A DNA stretch of 63,304 nucleotides, counting the filler, from Globobulimina sp. (taxonomy: Eukaryota): the NCBI GenBank assembly GCA_003354225.1. It is 16 parts of 16 records of this genome, joined end to end, with 100 filler letters (N's around TTAATTAATTAA, not from the genome) between each part and the next. Parts side by side here need not be neighbours in the genome. Positions count along the whole stretch, not along the records: positions 31,725 to 35,586 come from PIVH01001974.1; positions 35,687 to 39,547 come from PIVH01001975.1; positions 39,648 to 43,508 come from PIVH01001976.1; positions 43,609 to 47,468 come from PIVH01001977.1; 12 more parts are not named here. The stretch is one strand, 5' to 3'. A program made the translations under genes and the position numbers. Positions 34,225 through 46,159 of this stretch are shown here, one piece after another. The first letter of the stretch is position 1. Every line of letters begins with the position of its first letter. The notes beneath the pieces were generated by a model, which was not told the DNA's origin, made no database searches, and saw only the letters and a program-made list of their open reading frames with translations.

Positions 34225-35577
34225 CACATTTCAAAATGTGTATATATGTTTCTGTTGATAATAGTTTGCAATGTGGTAGCAACAATAAATAAATAATAGT
34301 TTGGAATGTTTCACCATATTAAAGAATTCATATGACGAAGATGTTGCACTGTATTCCTATATCTTTAGTTTTATCGTATCCTGCAATAATGATCATTAAA
34401 TGTGGTTGATGTTTTGATAATTTGTTTATTCCTGGCAATTGACAATCTATAACATAATTTTATACGATTTGGCGTCCATGGCAAGATTTGATGAACTTTA
34501 TAAAACCACTAATGGTTAAAACCATGTACATATTTTTTCAGCAAATACATCCTTTTTGTTGAGAAATAATAACTGCACCACCGATTTAAACTCCCTTCTA
34601 TTGATTACAGAATGTAGAGATGTTATACTTTACCCTATTGACTCCTTCTTATTATTGTTTCCTATTTAAACCTTGAGTTATTATTCACTTAAAAACCTTT
34701 ACTAAAGTCCTAAACCAGCCTTTACTCCTAAAGTCCGTATAGTAACTCTATAAGAAGCAAATAATTGGATGGATTCCATCATTGCGTTTTCATCATTATT
34801 CTGTTCACTAACTTCGTTATAACAACTCAACGATGCTAAATATACCATTGCCGTCACTTTGTCATTAAAAGAATGCACCCATATTTTCCGGTTATTGCCA
34901 GGATTAATTAATTTAAACATTGTGCCTCTGGTATCAAAGCTTATTTGTCTTATTTCATGATCGAAGCTCCGATTTCGAACTAACAATATATCCTTATCCG
35001 ATGCTACATATTGGTTACGACAAATTCGTCTGATTTCATCGAAGAAATATGCACAACTGTCGTCAATAACAACTGCTATCACATTCCGATTGTTGTACAC
35101 TTCCCTGATTTCATTACACTTCCATAATATTTCAATATTATTTGCATATATTTCATCCATAGAGTCATCTTTTTTTTTCTCCTCAACAAGCTGCACATTG
35201 TTATATTGTAATATATAATGCATGGCATCCTTTTCTTCGTTGCTCATATCATTGTTATGGTCACTTAGCTGTTCAATGCCGTGGATCAATGCAACCATAT
35301 TGCTTCTAATAGCGCTGTGTATCATTGCTTCATACTCTTCCTTGCGATCATAATCAGTAAAGCCTTCACCGTAAATAGTGTTCATTTGCTTTAACCAGGT
35401 TTGCTTTCCACTGTTTGCTATCCCTAACAATAAAATGGTTTTTGTCAATCTCTGTTCTTTCTTGCTTTGAGCTACGCGTTGTTTCAATGCCTTCTCCATC
35501 TGAACATCGCTCATTTGTGTGGACGATTTAACACAACATTTGCGTGAGTCATCCGATTTGTTGCTGTCTAATTCCAT
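34225..35577 (-). pseudogene. Degenerate heterotrimeric G-protein alpha subunit, disrupted
   Basis: LLLGIANSGKQT (G1), DILLVR and WVHSF are present but DVGGQ is missing. An insertion at 34615-34750 separates ESIQLF from HSVIN...LFLNKKDVFAEK (G4, about 34540-34614). An RNIYTHF remnant lies near 34230, after stops. Confidence 0.75.
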
Positions 35578-35691
35578 AACTGGAGCNNNNNNNNNNNNNN
35601 NNNNNNNNNNNNNNNNNNNNNNNNNNNNNNTTAATTAATTAANNNNNNNNNNNNNNNNNNNNNNNNNNNNNNNNNNNNNNNNNNNNACCCA

Positions 35692-36171
<480 letters not shown>

Positions 36172-36468
36172 TCAAAAATAATCAATATTCACTTCAAACA
36201 ACACCAGGCCTTTTAATTGTCGGATTTATTCCACGGACCTAAACCTTTATTTAAGCTCATTTTAGTCTGATCCATGAAAAACGTGAACAGGTAACACAGA
36301 AAATGTTATTTTGTCAGACATTTCTAACACGAATGTAATAGAAACGACGAATTAAATTTTCGTGATGACTGTACATAATAAAAAAACAATAATATAAAAA
36401 CAAAGTATTTAAAAAAAAAACAGATTATATAAATAATTTAATAATTTAAAAAAGCACAAAGAAATATT

Positions 36469-38019
36469 TTATGAACATGTTCCATATTGATTACAATAAC
36501 CAGAACAACAATTATTATTTCCCATTCCCGCACATTGAGCACCTCTTAAATCGCAATTAATCGCTACCTGACAATGCCATTGATCCCATTCACACCATTT
36601 ATAATAAGCCACATTACATTCATTTTCATCTGTAATGCCCCAACATCTTCCATTTGTATTTGGTTCTAACTTACCGCGACAACAATATTTCCCATCAAAA
36701 AGACCACCTACATTCTCTGGTGGACGTGCCGTATATATGGCGGCCATTCCAGCGTTAATATGGTCATGAACGTGACAATGATACAACCACGATCCGGGTT
36801 CATCGATCAACATTGTTACAGTTAAAGTGGTGCCAGGAATTAATACTAAAGTGTCAATACTTTCTCCGGTGGGATCAACTGCGATGTTTCCGTGCCTGTA
36901 CATAGCAATTAAGCAAACAAATAACATGTACACAAATAACATATAAAGATAATTACATAACCAATGTGGACTATGAGGCCCATCCCCTTCGTTGCCAAAT
37001 GCGGCTGTATACCACCTCACTTTCTCACCAGTCACACAATTCAAACCAATCAAATTACCAAATAAATATCCATTGATAGCATGCATTAAATTTGCTTCAA
37101 TAAAATCTTCATCCGCTAAATCAATAAGCTCTGGATTCGCTAAATATTCATTCAAATTCAAATCAAATAATTCCGATTCATTCTCATCATACAACACCAT
37201 AAATGTAGTAAACTCGCGATCGATGTCTCGCGGCATTAAATTAGTTAAACTTGTCTCAAACCCTTTTTTTGTGATTATGACTGCACCAAATAATCCGGTT
37301 GAAATATCTCTGGGTTCATCAACATGACTGTGATACAGCCACATTTTACTCGAAGCATGCTCAGAATTTACTGTTCTTGTATCATACACATATATCCATT
37401 TACCACCGTTGGCAGCAACAATATCATCTCCGTTTGTAGTCGTGTTATCATTATATGGCGCACCCTCTGACGATTTATGATATTTAAGACCGTGGACATG
37501 GATTGAAGTGGTAAACGAACATTCATTCTGATAAAATATTTTGATTCTCTCGCCAGTCAACGCACGGATGTTTGGACCGAGGGCACCTAAATGTTTTTCA
37601 TCCTCAGATCGTACTTTTTGTGTTGTAAAGCAAGCATTTGTAAACTCTCTGTATAATGCTTTAATATATTCCGATCCAATCCGGTCCGCACCATTGCCGA
37701 ATAACCAAACCCCAGCGCCTGATCCATCACTTATGGTTTCGCCTGATTATGGATTATGAAATTGGATTAAAATAATATTCGATTCATTCGATTACAAACA
37801 AATCACTTGTTTGTTTTCGGATTAATTCATAGATAACGAACCTGATAATACGTTTTTCCCAGAAGGAGCATAATTCCATTTCTCTTCTACACACCCAATG
37901 TAATACACACGTTCTGTTTGGGTGTAGTAATCCGGGCTGTTCCGCCATCCATTGTCACAGGCGCCCTGTGATCGCACTGCTGCCAAATAAATGACACATA
38001 TTAAGTAAAATACAATCAT
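36469..38019 (-). CDS. Secreted two-domain ceruloplasmin/hephaestin-like multicopper oxidase with Cys-rich tail (introns 37743-37841, 36896-36961)
   Basis: Signal peptide, then YYIG..E..WNYAPSG, RIG..Y.KALYREFT, LG.LGP.IRA, SIHVHG, WLYHSHVD, MHAING, HSPHWHG and YHCHVHDHINAGM. Confidence 0.9.
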
Positions 38020-38870
38020 TCTTGGTGTTCTTTGTGTTCTTTGTAAATTGATTTGATTTGAACTTTGCACTTGATTTAATAAGGATGACTAGCTCACTTC
38101 AAGAAAACTTGTAATTAATTATGAATCTCTCACAGGGATGTTCGAGCAATCTGTGAGTCTGGAATCAGACCTCAGGCCTGATTGAATTTTGCCCCACTAC
38201 TATGAAGAATACAATTTCCAACAAAAGTATCTGAATTGAATATCATTTTCATGAATCAGTGTTGTATACACATCCTCTTTATAACACAATTCGTAATTCC
38301 TTTCATATTTACTTATATAGATTCCAACCGAAGAATGTTTATTGTCATATCTTCCTAATCTTTGGTTGCAATTTTAAATTTTATGCAATTTTCTGATGTT
38401 ATGAATCCAATCATAAATCCTTGATATAATACAGTTATAATCGGCAATAATGTCATTTAACACACAAATGGATCGAACCAGGATTACTGGATAAACCGCA
38501 TCCGCTCCATTTAGTTTTTTTAACTGTGCTCTTATTTGTGAATTGCAAATATTTTCCATGTAATGTCTCATTAAATATTGGTACATATTTCCAATAAATA
38601 CAAATGAAGCGCATGATTTCATGTGGTATTAATAAGCAATGGCAATGGGTAACCTTTTGGAATAATTATTTTCTTGTTACCCGTAGTCAGAGGTTCATCA
38701 TCTTGGTTGTTAATACTTGCAGATTTATGATTTGTAGGTATCGTAGAACCGCACTGTTCCATTTTAATTATTGGAGTGGAAATGTACGTTTTCCACATCT
38801 TTTTTGTTTTCAGTGAGAGCGTGCAAGAAAAAACAAGTCGTGATAAACCTTTATCATAAACTAACCGACA

Positions 38871-39220
38871 TGTAAAATGTACGTATTACGTACAGAATAT
38901 ATATGGCAAAAAAAATATCTGTACATGCAGACAATACATATAACATATATTGAGAGGTTCGTTTTGTTCACTTGTATTTGCATTTACATCTGCAAATTCT
39001 GCATCTGACGAAGCGGATTGGTTTTGTGTGCAAGGATTCGATAAAAATTAAATTGATAAATGTAAAATGTACGTAATTACTATAGAATACATGGTACAAA
39101 AAAAATATCTATACATGCATGCAATGTTATTATCATATTATTCATTAACTATATTGATAGCTACATTTGCATTTGCATCTGCAAATTCACTTAATTCAGC
39201 ATCTGATGAATCGGATTGGT
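38871..39220. repeat. Diverged ~190-bp tandem duplication of a gene 3' end/UTR
   Basis: TGTAAAATGTACGTA...AAAAAATATCT.TACATGCA and TTGCATTT.CATCTGCAAATTC...GCATCTGA.GAA.CGGATTGG each occur twice (38871-39022 and 39061-39220). Confidence 0.7.
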
Positions 39221-39461
39221 CAGTTTCAATCTGCATTGCTTTTGTTTGCTGCATTGAATTATAACAATACATACAAGCCATACCCATTAATATACCAATC
39301 ATCAATACAATTAACATTAAATATAATAGTTCTTTAAATGTTAATGTCATATGGCTCATATCATCCAATAAATTGTCATTACTTAATTGATGATTTTGAT
39401 CTGCATACCCTTTTACTAAATGTTCATATCCACCAGGACGACCCATCAATTTGCGACTCAT
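39138..39461 (-). CDS. 3' fragment of a type I membrane protein
   Basis: TM segment LLYLMLIVLMIGILMGMACMYCY followed by a short acidic tail. Confidence 0.45.
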   Translation of the reverse strand: MSRKLMGRPGGYEHLVKGYADQNHQLSNDNLLDDMSHMTLTFKELLYLMLIVLMIGILMGMACMYCYNSMQQTKAMQIETDQSDSSDAELSEFADANANVAINIVNE

Positions 39462-39945
39462 TATCTTTTGGAATATATCGTTGAATAGAAATTGACTAAT
39501 TTTTGGCTTTGCAAACTGAAAAACTTTACATTTTTATTGAAAGAAATNNNNNNNNNNNNNNNNNNNNNNNNNNNNNNNNNNNNNNNNNNNNTTAATTAAT
39601 TAANNNNNNNNNNNNNNNNNNNNNNNNNNNNNNNNNNNNNNNNNNNNTAAAGCATATTATGCCAGCCGTCGACCGGGTTTGTTTACCACTCACCACACAC
39701 ACACACACCCCTACACCCCGCACAACAGACATATAGACCCTCCACGCCGCCGCCCCGCCTCCGCCGCACAACAGACATAAACAGTATCCTCTCCGCTGCC
39801 CTATACTGCCCTAACGCTCATTCTATTTATGTAATTTGTATACATAACAAAATTTGTATACGCAAACCAAAAAACGGAGTCAAATGACTCAGAATTGTTG
39901 AATTTTTTTATTTTTCTTTTCTCGGAATGGAAAACGGTGACTGCG

Positions 39946-41697
39946 TCACCGGAAAAACTGTCTATGTTTGCCATCATTTTCGCGTTTAAATATAAAGTGA
40001 TCAATATACTTCCTTTGTGGCTCTACAATATTTATATTTAAATGTTTTAGTGTTTCTGTAATGTGCAAACATTGTGATAAGTTCTCAATTTCTCTCTGTT
40101 TTTCATTAATTTCATTACAAATCTCTGTCACTTTCATCAATGCACCATCGATATCTTTATAATCCTTATAATTTGACGATTTTGTATGTTTTTTCAATTC
40201 ATTCAATAATAACATATATCTCGGTATCCGTTGTATTGGTAATATCAAATGATTTGATAATGTTTTTTGTTGCAATCGTTTTAGTCTTAGAAATTCTTGC
40301 AACTTTTTATTCTTTTTTCTAAACTTTCCAAATAAATCTAATATGTGTTCGTACTCTGAAATATATGTAACATACATCTTAAAATAATCACTTTGTTTAT
40401 TAAATACGTTTGAGATTGGTCCAATATATAATTCACATAAAAACTGTTCATGAAAACTAATTAACTGCGGCAAATTACAAGTTATTGCTTGTTTATATTG
40501 AATATCAATCAATTTCTGTACAAATATCGGCTCAATAAACTCATTCAACAATACTTTTAATCCTCGCAAATATGTTTCTTCACTGTCAATTATTTCCTGT
40601 TCAATCATTGCTTTTTTATCTGTAAACTTATTAATTATCATCGATTTCCGTGGTGTATCCCCTGCGACTGTCACACTACTCATTCGTTCATCGAATGACT
40701 GCATTTCTTGACTCATTGAATATTGCTTATTTAGCGGACTTAATTCATCCTCATCCTCATCCTCATCATCCTCATAATCCTCATCCTCATCATCCTCATC
40801 ATCCGTTTGTATCATTTGTATTTGTGATGAGTTAGTACCATCTGCTTCAATTAAAAGGGAAGAAGGTTCCGATTGTGGTTTTCCAGCTACTTTTTGCAAG
40901 GATATGTGTTGAGACTTTATTTTAAATAAAGCTAAATAATAAACTACAATCCATACAATTAAATGTATGACAGTGAATGATATATAATATATTGCATTTA
41001 TATGTTGTGATGGATCCAAAAACGTTTTCGTAGATATTTGTTGCAATATAAATGTGAACCACGTAAATAATAAATATATCCATGATAACATTGCAACAAA
41101 AACACCAAAATGAAATTGTACGCTGATATCGTTAATGAAGAAATCGCTCCAAATGAATAAGAAATTGCTTGAAACCATTGTGATTTGTGTGAGATAATTG
41201 GGAGATTGTTTGTGTTTGTTTGCTATGCTGAAAGCTAAAGATATGCAGAGAAATATAATAAGTGTAACTGATACAGATAATTGTATTTGGTACAATATCC
41301 ATATTGTACTACGTAATATTGTTTGTACAATGTTGCTTTTGGATGATAAACAATTACAAAGTTTACTGCATGATATACAAATAAAATATAGTATCATTAA
41401 TATCCATGACCAGACATAGTAGGAATACAATGCAGTTTGTGACGACTTGGTAATATACAAAATGTCATACAAAATTACAATGAAGGAGATGCCACCAACA
41501 ACAAATCGCAGGATAGACAGCAGTATATCGTTTATGTACGGTGAAGAGGTCAACGGTTCATAACTATTGATTGGTTTGATCGCTTGTATGGTTAATTTAT
41601 CTGATCTGTAGGCATACAAACACCATATCATTACAAATAAACTGATTGCGATACATGTTAATGACACAATTGCAGAAGGTTGTTGTGACTGTGACAT
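39946..41697 (-). CDS. Multi-pass membrane RhoGEF (about 6-7 TM + DH + start of PH)
   Basis: DH motifs EIIDSEETYLRGL and LILPIQRIPRYMLLLNEL. The N-terminal ~260 aa is polytopic. The PH domain breaks off after RQFF. Confidence 0.85.
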   Translation of the reverse strand: MSQSQQPSAIVSLTCIAISLFVMIWCLYAYRSDKLTIQAIKPINSYEPLTSSPYINDILLSILRFVVGGISFIVILYDILYITKSSQTALYSYYVWSWILMILYFICISCSKLCNCLSSKSNIVQTILRSTIWILYQIQLSVSVTLIIFLCISLAFSIANKHKQSPNYLTQITMVSSNFLFIWSDFFINDISVQFHFGVFVAMLSWIYLLFTWFTFILQQISTKTFLDPSQHINAIYYISFTVIHLIVWIVVYYLALFKIKSQHISLQKVAGKPQSEPSSLLIEADGTNSSQIQMIQTDDEDDEDEDYEDDEDEDEDELSPLNKQYSMSQEMQSFDERMSSVTVAGDTPRKSMIINKFTDKKAMIEQEIIDSEETYLRGLKVLLNEFIEPIFVQKLIDIQYKQAITCNLPQLISFHEQFLCELYIGPISNVFNKQSDYFKMYVTYISEYEHILDLFGKFRKKNKKLQEFLRLKRLQQKTLSNHLILPIQRIPRYMLLLNELKKHTKSSNYKDYKDIDGALMKVTEICNEINEKQREIENLSQCLHITETLKHLNINIVEPQRKYIDHFIFKRENDGKHRQFFR

Positions 41698-41820
41698 GTT
41701 TTATTTATCTTAAAATAGGCATATCCATGTCACTTCACACCATGGTGTCGTCAACATTCTGTGTCGTTGGGGTAGGATTTTGAAAAAATATCAACATCAA
41801 GTTCCTGAAATTCAAATTCA

Positions 41821-43176
41821 ATGATCAAGGCAATGGCAAAATGGCCAGTAAAATTGTTCTTTCTTATCATTATCAGCAGTTCCATTATGTTCCTTCTTAT
41901 ATTCGATACAATCCCAAATAAGCAATTTATTTTAAACGAGCCGATAGAAATTAGTATTGTACCGTTGCCCAATACAGAAACACCACCATCATCTGCTGTG
42001 CGGAGCCTTTCTATCAACACAGACAATATAGCACCACATGACAACACAAAACAATATATTGTAAAACCATTAAACTATTCGTCATTGTCATTCTACAGTG
42101 ACAAATCTGTGATATTCGTAGGCATGATAAGCAATGCAGAACCGACGCTGCCTCACATTCTGGAACAACTGAACCAAGTGACATGCCTCTTTAATCACAC
42201 TTTTTTCTTATTCTTTGAGTCTAATTCAAAGGATAACACCGGCCAATTACTGCAAGATTGGTCCACAAACAGCACATTAAAAGCGAACAGTGGACAGCGT
42301 ATGCAATACTGCTACAATTTGGATCATACTATGACTGCATATCCAAATACCATCTCCAAAAAACTCTTGCGTGGAGGTGACTGGATTCAGAAACGCTTTG
42401 CGCAAAACAGAGATTTAAGTCGCATCGACAGATTTGTGGTGTACAGAAACATGTTATTGGAGCAAGTATACAGTCTGGATCTAGGACTCATTGATATCGA
42501 TTATATATTGATGATTGATTTGGATGTTTGGGAAATCGATTTTGGCGCATTTTTATCAGAGCTAAGAGAGTGTCCACACGATATTATGTGTGTAAACGGA
42601 GTGGAATATTATGATTATTACCGGGATTCGTTCGCGTCGGTTGAGATGAATCATAATTGGATACATCGACCATATCTAAGGCATAGGACTAAGAACAGAT
42701 ACATGCAAATAAGCAATGGTTTGCGACAAGTTATGCCCAGAACTGGTCAACGATTTGAACAAATGCAGTCATGTTTTAATGGATTGACGGCATATAAAAT
42801 AACACCACGTAGATTGGAGGAGATTGGTTGTAACTATTTGTTGAATGAGGAGGTGAGAAAACAAGTGAATTTTACTGATGGTATTGGAGTTGATTTTGAA
42901 TGGCTGACTCTCGTGAATCGATTGATTGAATGGTCAGATAAAAAGGGAATTATGTTTGACACTGACACCGGATATGAAACGAATTTATGTGAACATATTT
43001 CATTCCATTATTGTGTTAACTATCGAGCGAATACAACTATGGCAGTGGCGAAAAATGCCAAGCTGTATTACTATCCATTAATGCCCAAGAAAGTGCCGGA
43101 TGATAATCCAAAGCGAAAACGGAATAGGCACCGAATGAGCAAAAGGAAGTTTAATCAGATTCCTGTTGAATTTTAA
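41821..43176 (+). CDS. GT-A glycosyltransferase, CAP59/GT69-like, type II membrane
   Basis: N-terminal TM, FESNSKDNT, YRNMLL, DxD in MIDLD, YRDSFA, SCFNGL and CEHISF. Confidence 0.75.
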   Translation: MIKAMAKWPVKLFFLIIISSSIMFLLIFDTIPNKQFILNEPIEISIVPLPNTETPPSSAVRSLSINTDNIAPHDNTKQYIVKPLNYSSLSFYSDKSVIFVGMISNAEPTLPHILEQLNQVTCLFNHTFFLFFESNSKDNTGQLLQDWSTNSTLKANSGQRMQYCYNLDHTMTAYPNTISKKLLRGGDWIQKRFAQNRDLSRIDRFVVYRNMLLEQVYSLDLGLIDIDYILMIDLDVWEIDFGAFLSELRECPHDIMCVNGVEYYDYYRDSFASVEMNHNWIHRPYLRHRTKNRYMQISNGLRQVMPRTGQRFEQMQSCFNGLTAYKITPRRLEEIGCNYLLNEEVRKQVNFTDGIGVDFEWLTLVNRLIEWSDKKGIMFDTDTGYETNLCEHISFHYCVNYRANTTMAVAKNAKLYYYPLMPKKVPDDNPKRKRNRHRMSKRKFNQIPVEF

Positions 43177-43407
43177 TTGGATTCATTGTTTTATCCGATG
43201 ATTTTGTTTTTTTTCTCATGATTTTTTCAACTTTTTTATTAATTTTTTTTATCATGAATTTTTTTTCTCTTAATTTATCATCCAAAATATATTATATATG
43301 AATAATATTATTCTTTGTTTTGAATATGTTTTGCCTTTATTGTGATTTCTGACTTTATTTCTTTATATACAGTTAACTTTTTTGGCTTTGTTTCGTTTCA
43401 TTTCAAC

Positions 43408-43508
43408 GATTAGCAAAGTTTTTGGGTTAGCTAGAGTGGTTTTCAACCTAGTATTCGAAGTTGACCTAGTATTCGATGACCTAGTAATCCTACTATACCT
43501 TCTAGTTG
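43408..43508 (+). repeat. Second, truncated copy of the 1422-1603 element family
   Basis: GATT.GCAA.GTTTTTG.GTTAGCTAGAGT.GTTTTCAACCTAGTATTCGAA is shared, followed by further CCTAGTA units. Confidence 0.85.
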
Positions 43509-43608
43509 NNNNNNNNNNNNNNNNNNNNNNNNNNNNNNNNNNNNNNNNNNNNTTAATTAATTAANNNNNNNNNNNNNNNNNNNNNNNNNNNNNNNNNNNN
43601 NNNNNNNN

Positions 43609-45163
43609 GTTTGAACAGGTACAATATGTTCGATTGGATATTTACGATGCAAATGATGACGACGATGATGACGACGACGACGAAGAAGTAAAAACTGAAG
43701 ACCTATCTAAGTATGTACAGTTTATGCAACTTATATTAATTTATATTATCCGTTCGCATGCACTCAGACATGATTTTGTTGGAGCAGTCGAGTTTATTGT
43801 TGGTGATTTAGTCACTGCCAATGGACACAAATTGGTGATGGCGATTGAAGATAGAAATGGTAACAAATTAAAGAAAAGTGATGGATTGCAAGCAATGGTT
43901 ATTGTACGTTCAGAGGAAGTAACAAACAATTTTGATGAAGTTGAATTGAAAGTGAGTGCCAGAGGATTACCAAAAATGAAGTTTTGTGGTAGAATCGATC
44001 CATTTTTTCAAATTTATAGACAAACAAAGGACAATCAATGGGCTTCTGTTTATACATCACCACATCTAAAAAGTACATATTGTCCCAATTGGCCACAGTT
44101 TAAAATTCAAACCCGAAGGTTGTGTAACGGTGATGTTGAGAAACCGATTTTAATTAAAATTTGGGATTGGAATTTCAATGCATTAGCAGTGCACGTATGT
44201 GAATTGAAGACTACTTTAGCTCAATTATTGGATTCCAACTCAATACTGTATGACACGAAAAATTGTGGTGAATTATTAATAAAACATGCAAAGATTTTGA
44301 AGAAATATCCATTTGTGTCCTACCTGTCAGGTGGTTTGGAGATGCACTTTCTGACTGCCATTGATTTTACGGGAAGTAATGGTGAACCAACGGACAGTCA
44401 ATCCTTACATTATATGGGCGCTCCACATTTTGAGTCACAATATTTAAAAGTGATAAAATCGGTGGGACGCGTGTTAGCGCCGTATGATGTGGATGGAGAT
44501 ATTCATGCATATGGCTTTGGTGCAAACTTGAATCCCATGGGAACGAAACAAGTCTCACATTGTTTTAATTTGACACATCCCTCTTCAGAAGCAGCAGTAG
44601 AAGGTATTGAAGGTTTGATCGAAGCGTATCAGCATTGTTTGAAGAAAGTGCAGTTATATGGACCAACCTATTTAAGTGAGATAATTAGAATGGCAGCAGC
44701 TCAGTCAATGGATATTTGCAGACAAAATAGCCAATCGTATAATATTTTGTTGATCATAACGGATGGCATAATTAATGATATGCGAAGTACAATGGATGCT
44801 ATTGTGGATGCATCGGGTTTGCCACTGAGTATTATAATTGTTGGTGTTGGGGAAGCCAATTTTGACAATGTAGAGAGTTTAGATGCCGATGATGATCCAT
44901 TACGTCATAGTCAAACTGGACAGGTTATGCATCGATGCATTGTTAAGTTTGTGCCGTTTGATGAGTTTAAGGATCAGCATATTAGTGCCATTGCAAGGGA
45001 AGTGCTGGAAGAAGTTCCTGAACAAGTTTCAGGTTTTATGAGTATGCATGAGATACATCCAAATGTAACGCAAATTGAGAAGAATGAAAACGAAGAGAAA
45101 AGTGCTAATTACTATACTGTTGACGTTGTTGCAACTGCACCAGGGATGGATGAAACATATTAA
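43609..45163 (+). CDS. Copine (C2-C2-vWA), 5' truncated; intron 43711-43767
   Basis: AIDFTGSNG, SLHY, YGFGA, SHCF, LYGPT, LLIITDG, LPLSIIIVGVG and FVPF. Confidence 0.95.
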
Positions 45164-45292
45164 AAGTTCAAACTTCGATGAAATCTGTTGTAAATTTTTT
45201 TGTGGAAGTATTTTAGAACATTTTTTTTTTGAAACATAATTTAGTTGAAAATTTTGAAACTATTAATAAAGAGAAAGTAACCTCCATCTTCT

Positions 45293-46150
45293 GTGTGTGC
45301 GAGGATAATTATGTGTCACTTGGAGAAAAGTATGCAATCAGTAGTGGCTGACCCAGCTGATGTCTATACATATCCAAAAACATTTACATGGAGCATCACA
45401 GCACACGAATTACAAGCGCTATTTTCCGCCGCAAAATATCAAGGATATAAAAGTCAATCATTTCGCGTTGGATCATTTATATTTCATGGTCAAATATATC
45501 CAAATGGAACTCGCGATAAAGTATTAAATCAATGCACAGAATCATTTGATGTATCATTGTTTATGGAAGTAATGCCCTCCAATGTATCATATCTATGGAC
45601 AAAATATGTGATATTTTGCCCACAAACAGAAACTGAATGGAAATCAATTGCATTGTTACATAAAACACAAAACAGAGCCAAATGGAGAGCAAATATTATG
45701 ACCATTGAGGAAGCCAAAAAACATTTACATTTGACATTTATTTGCTGCATTGATATATTATCCATTGTCTATGTTAAAAATTGTTTAGCGCTCAGATCCA
45801 GATATATCGGCACAAATATTTATAATAAACATATTCAAATACAAACCCAATCATATTATACCTGGCACCTCATGATAAAATTGTTCTCGACAAATTTCTA
45901 ACATTTCGTGTTTCAAAATATTTATTTTCTGATGACTTTGATAATACCAAATGGTGAAAAAAAGGAAGGAAATGTTCGTCTGGCATTGCAATTATTATGT
46001 TTACCGCCAGGAATTAGTAAAATCACTGTTAAATTCACCTTAAAATGTAATTTTAGTTATCATGAAAATAATCATGGACCAAATTATTATGGCATAAAAT
46101 TAAAACAACGCGGGATAATATTAACAAAAATATATTTAATTCAACGTTGA
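45293..46150 (+). pseudogene. Tandem MATH/TRAF-like domain gene with frameshifts
   Basis: FTWSI...YKSQSF....F...IYPNG in the first repeat. The second repeat (YTWH...FSDDF...PNG...GNVRLALQLL.LP) is spread over shifted frames. Confidence 0.5.
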
Positions 46151-46159
46151 GGATTATAA

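Noticed and set aside
36469-38019. Copper nitrite reductase NirK
   Set aside because: NirK has its type-1 Cu site in domain 1 and no trinuclear cluster. Here the Cys is in domain 2 and all trinuclear His motifs are present.
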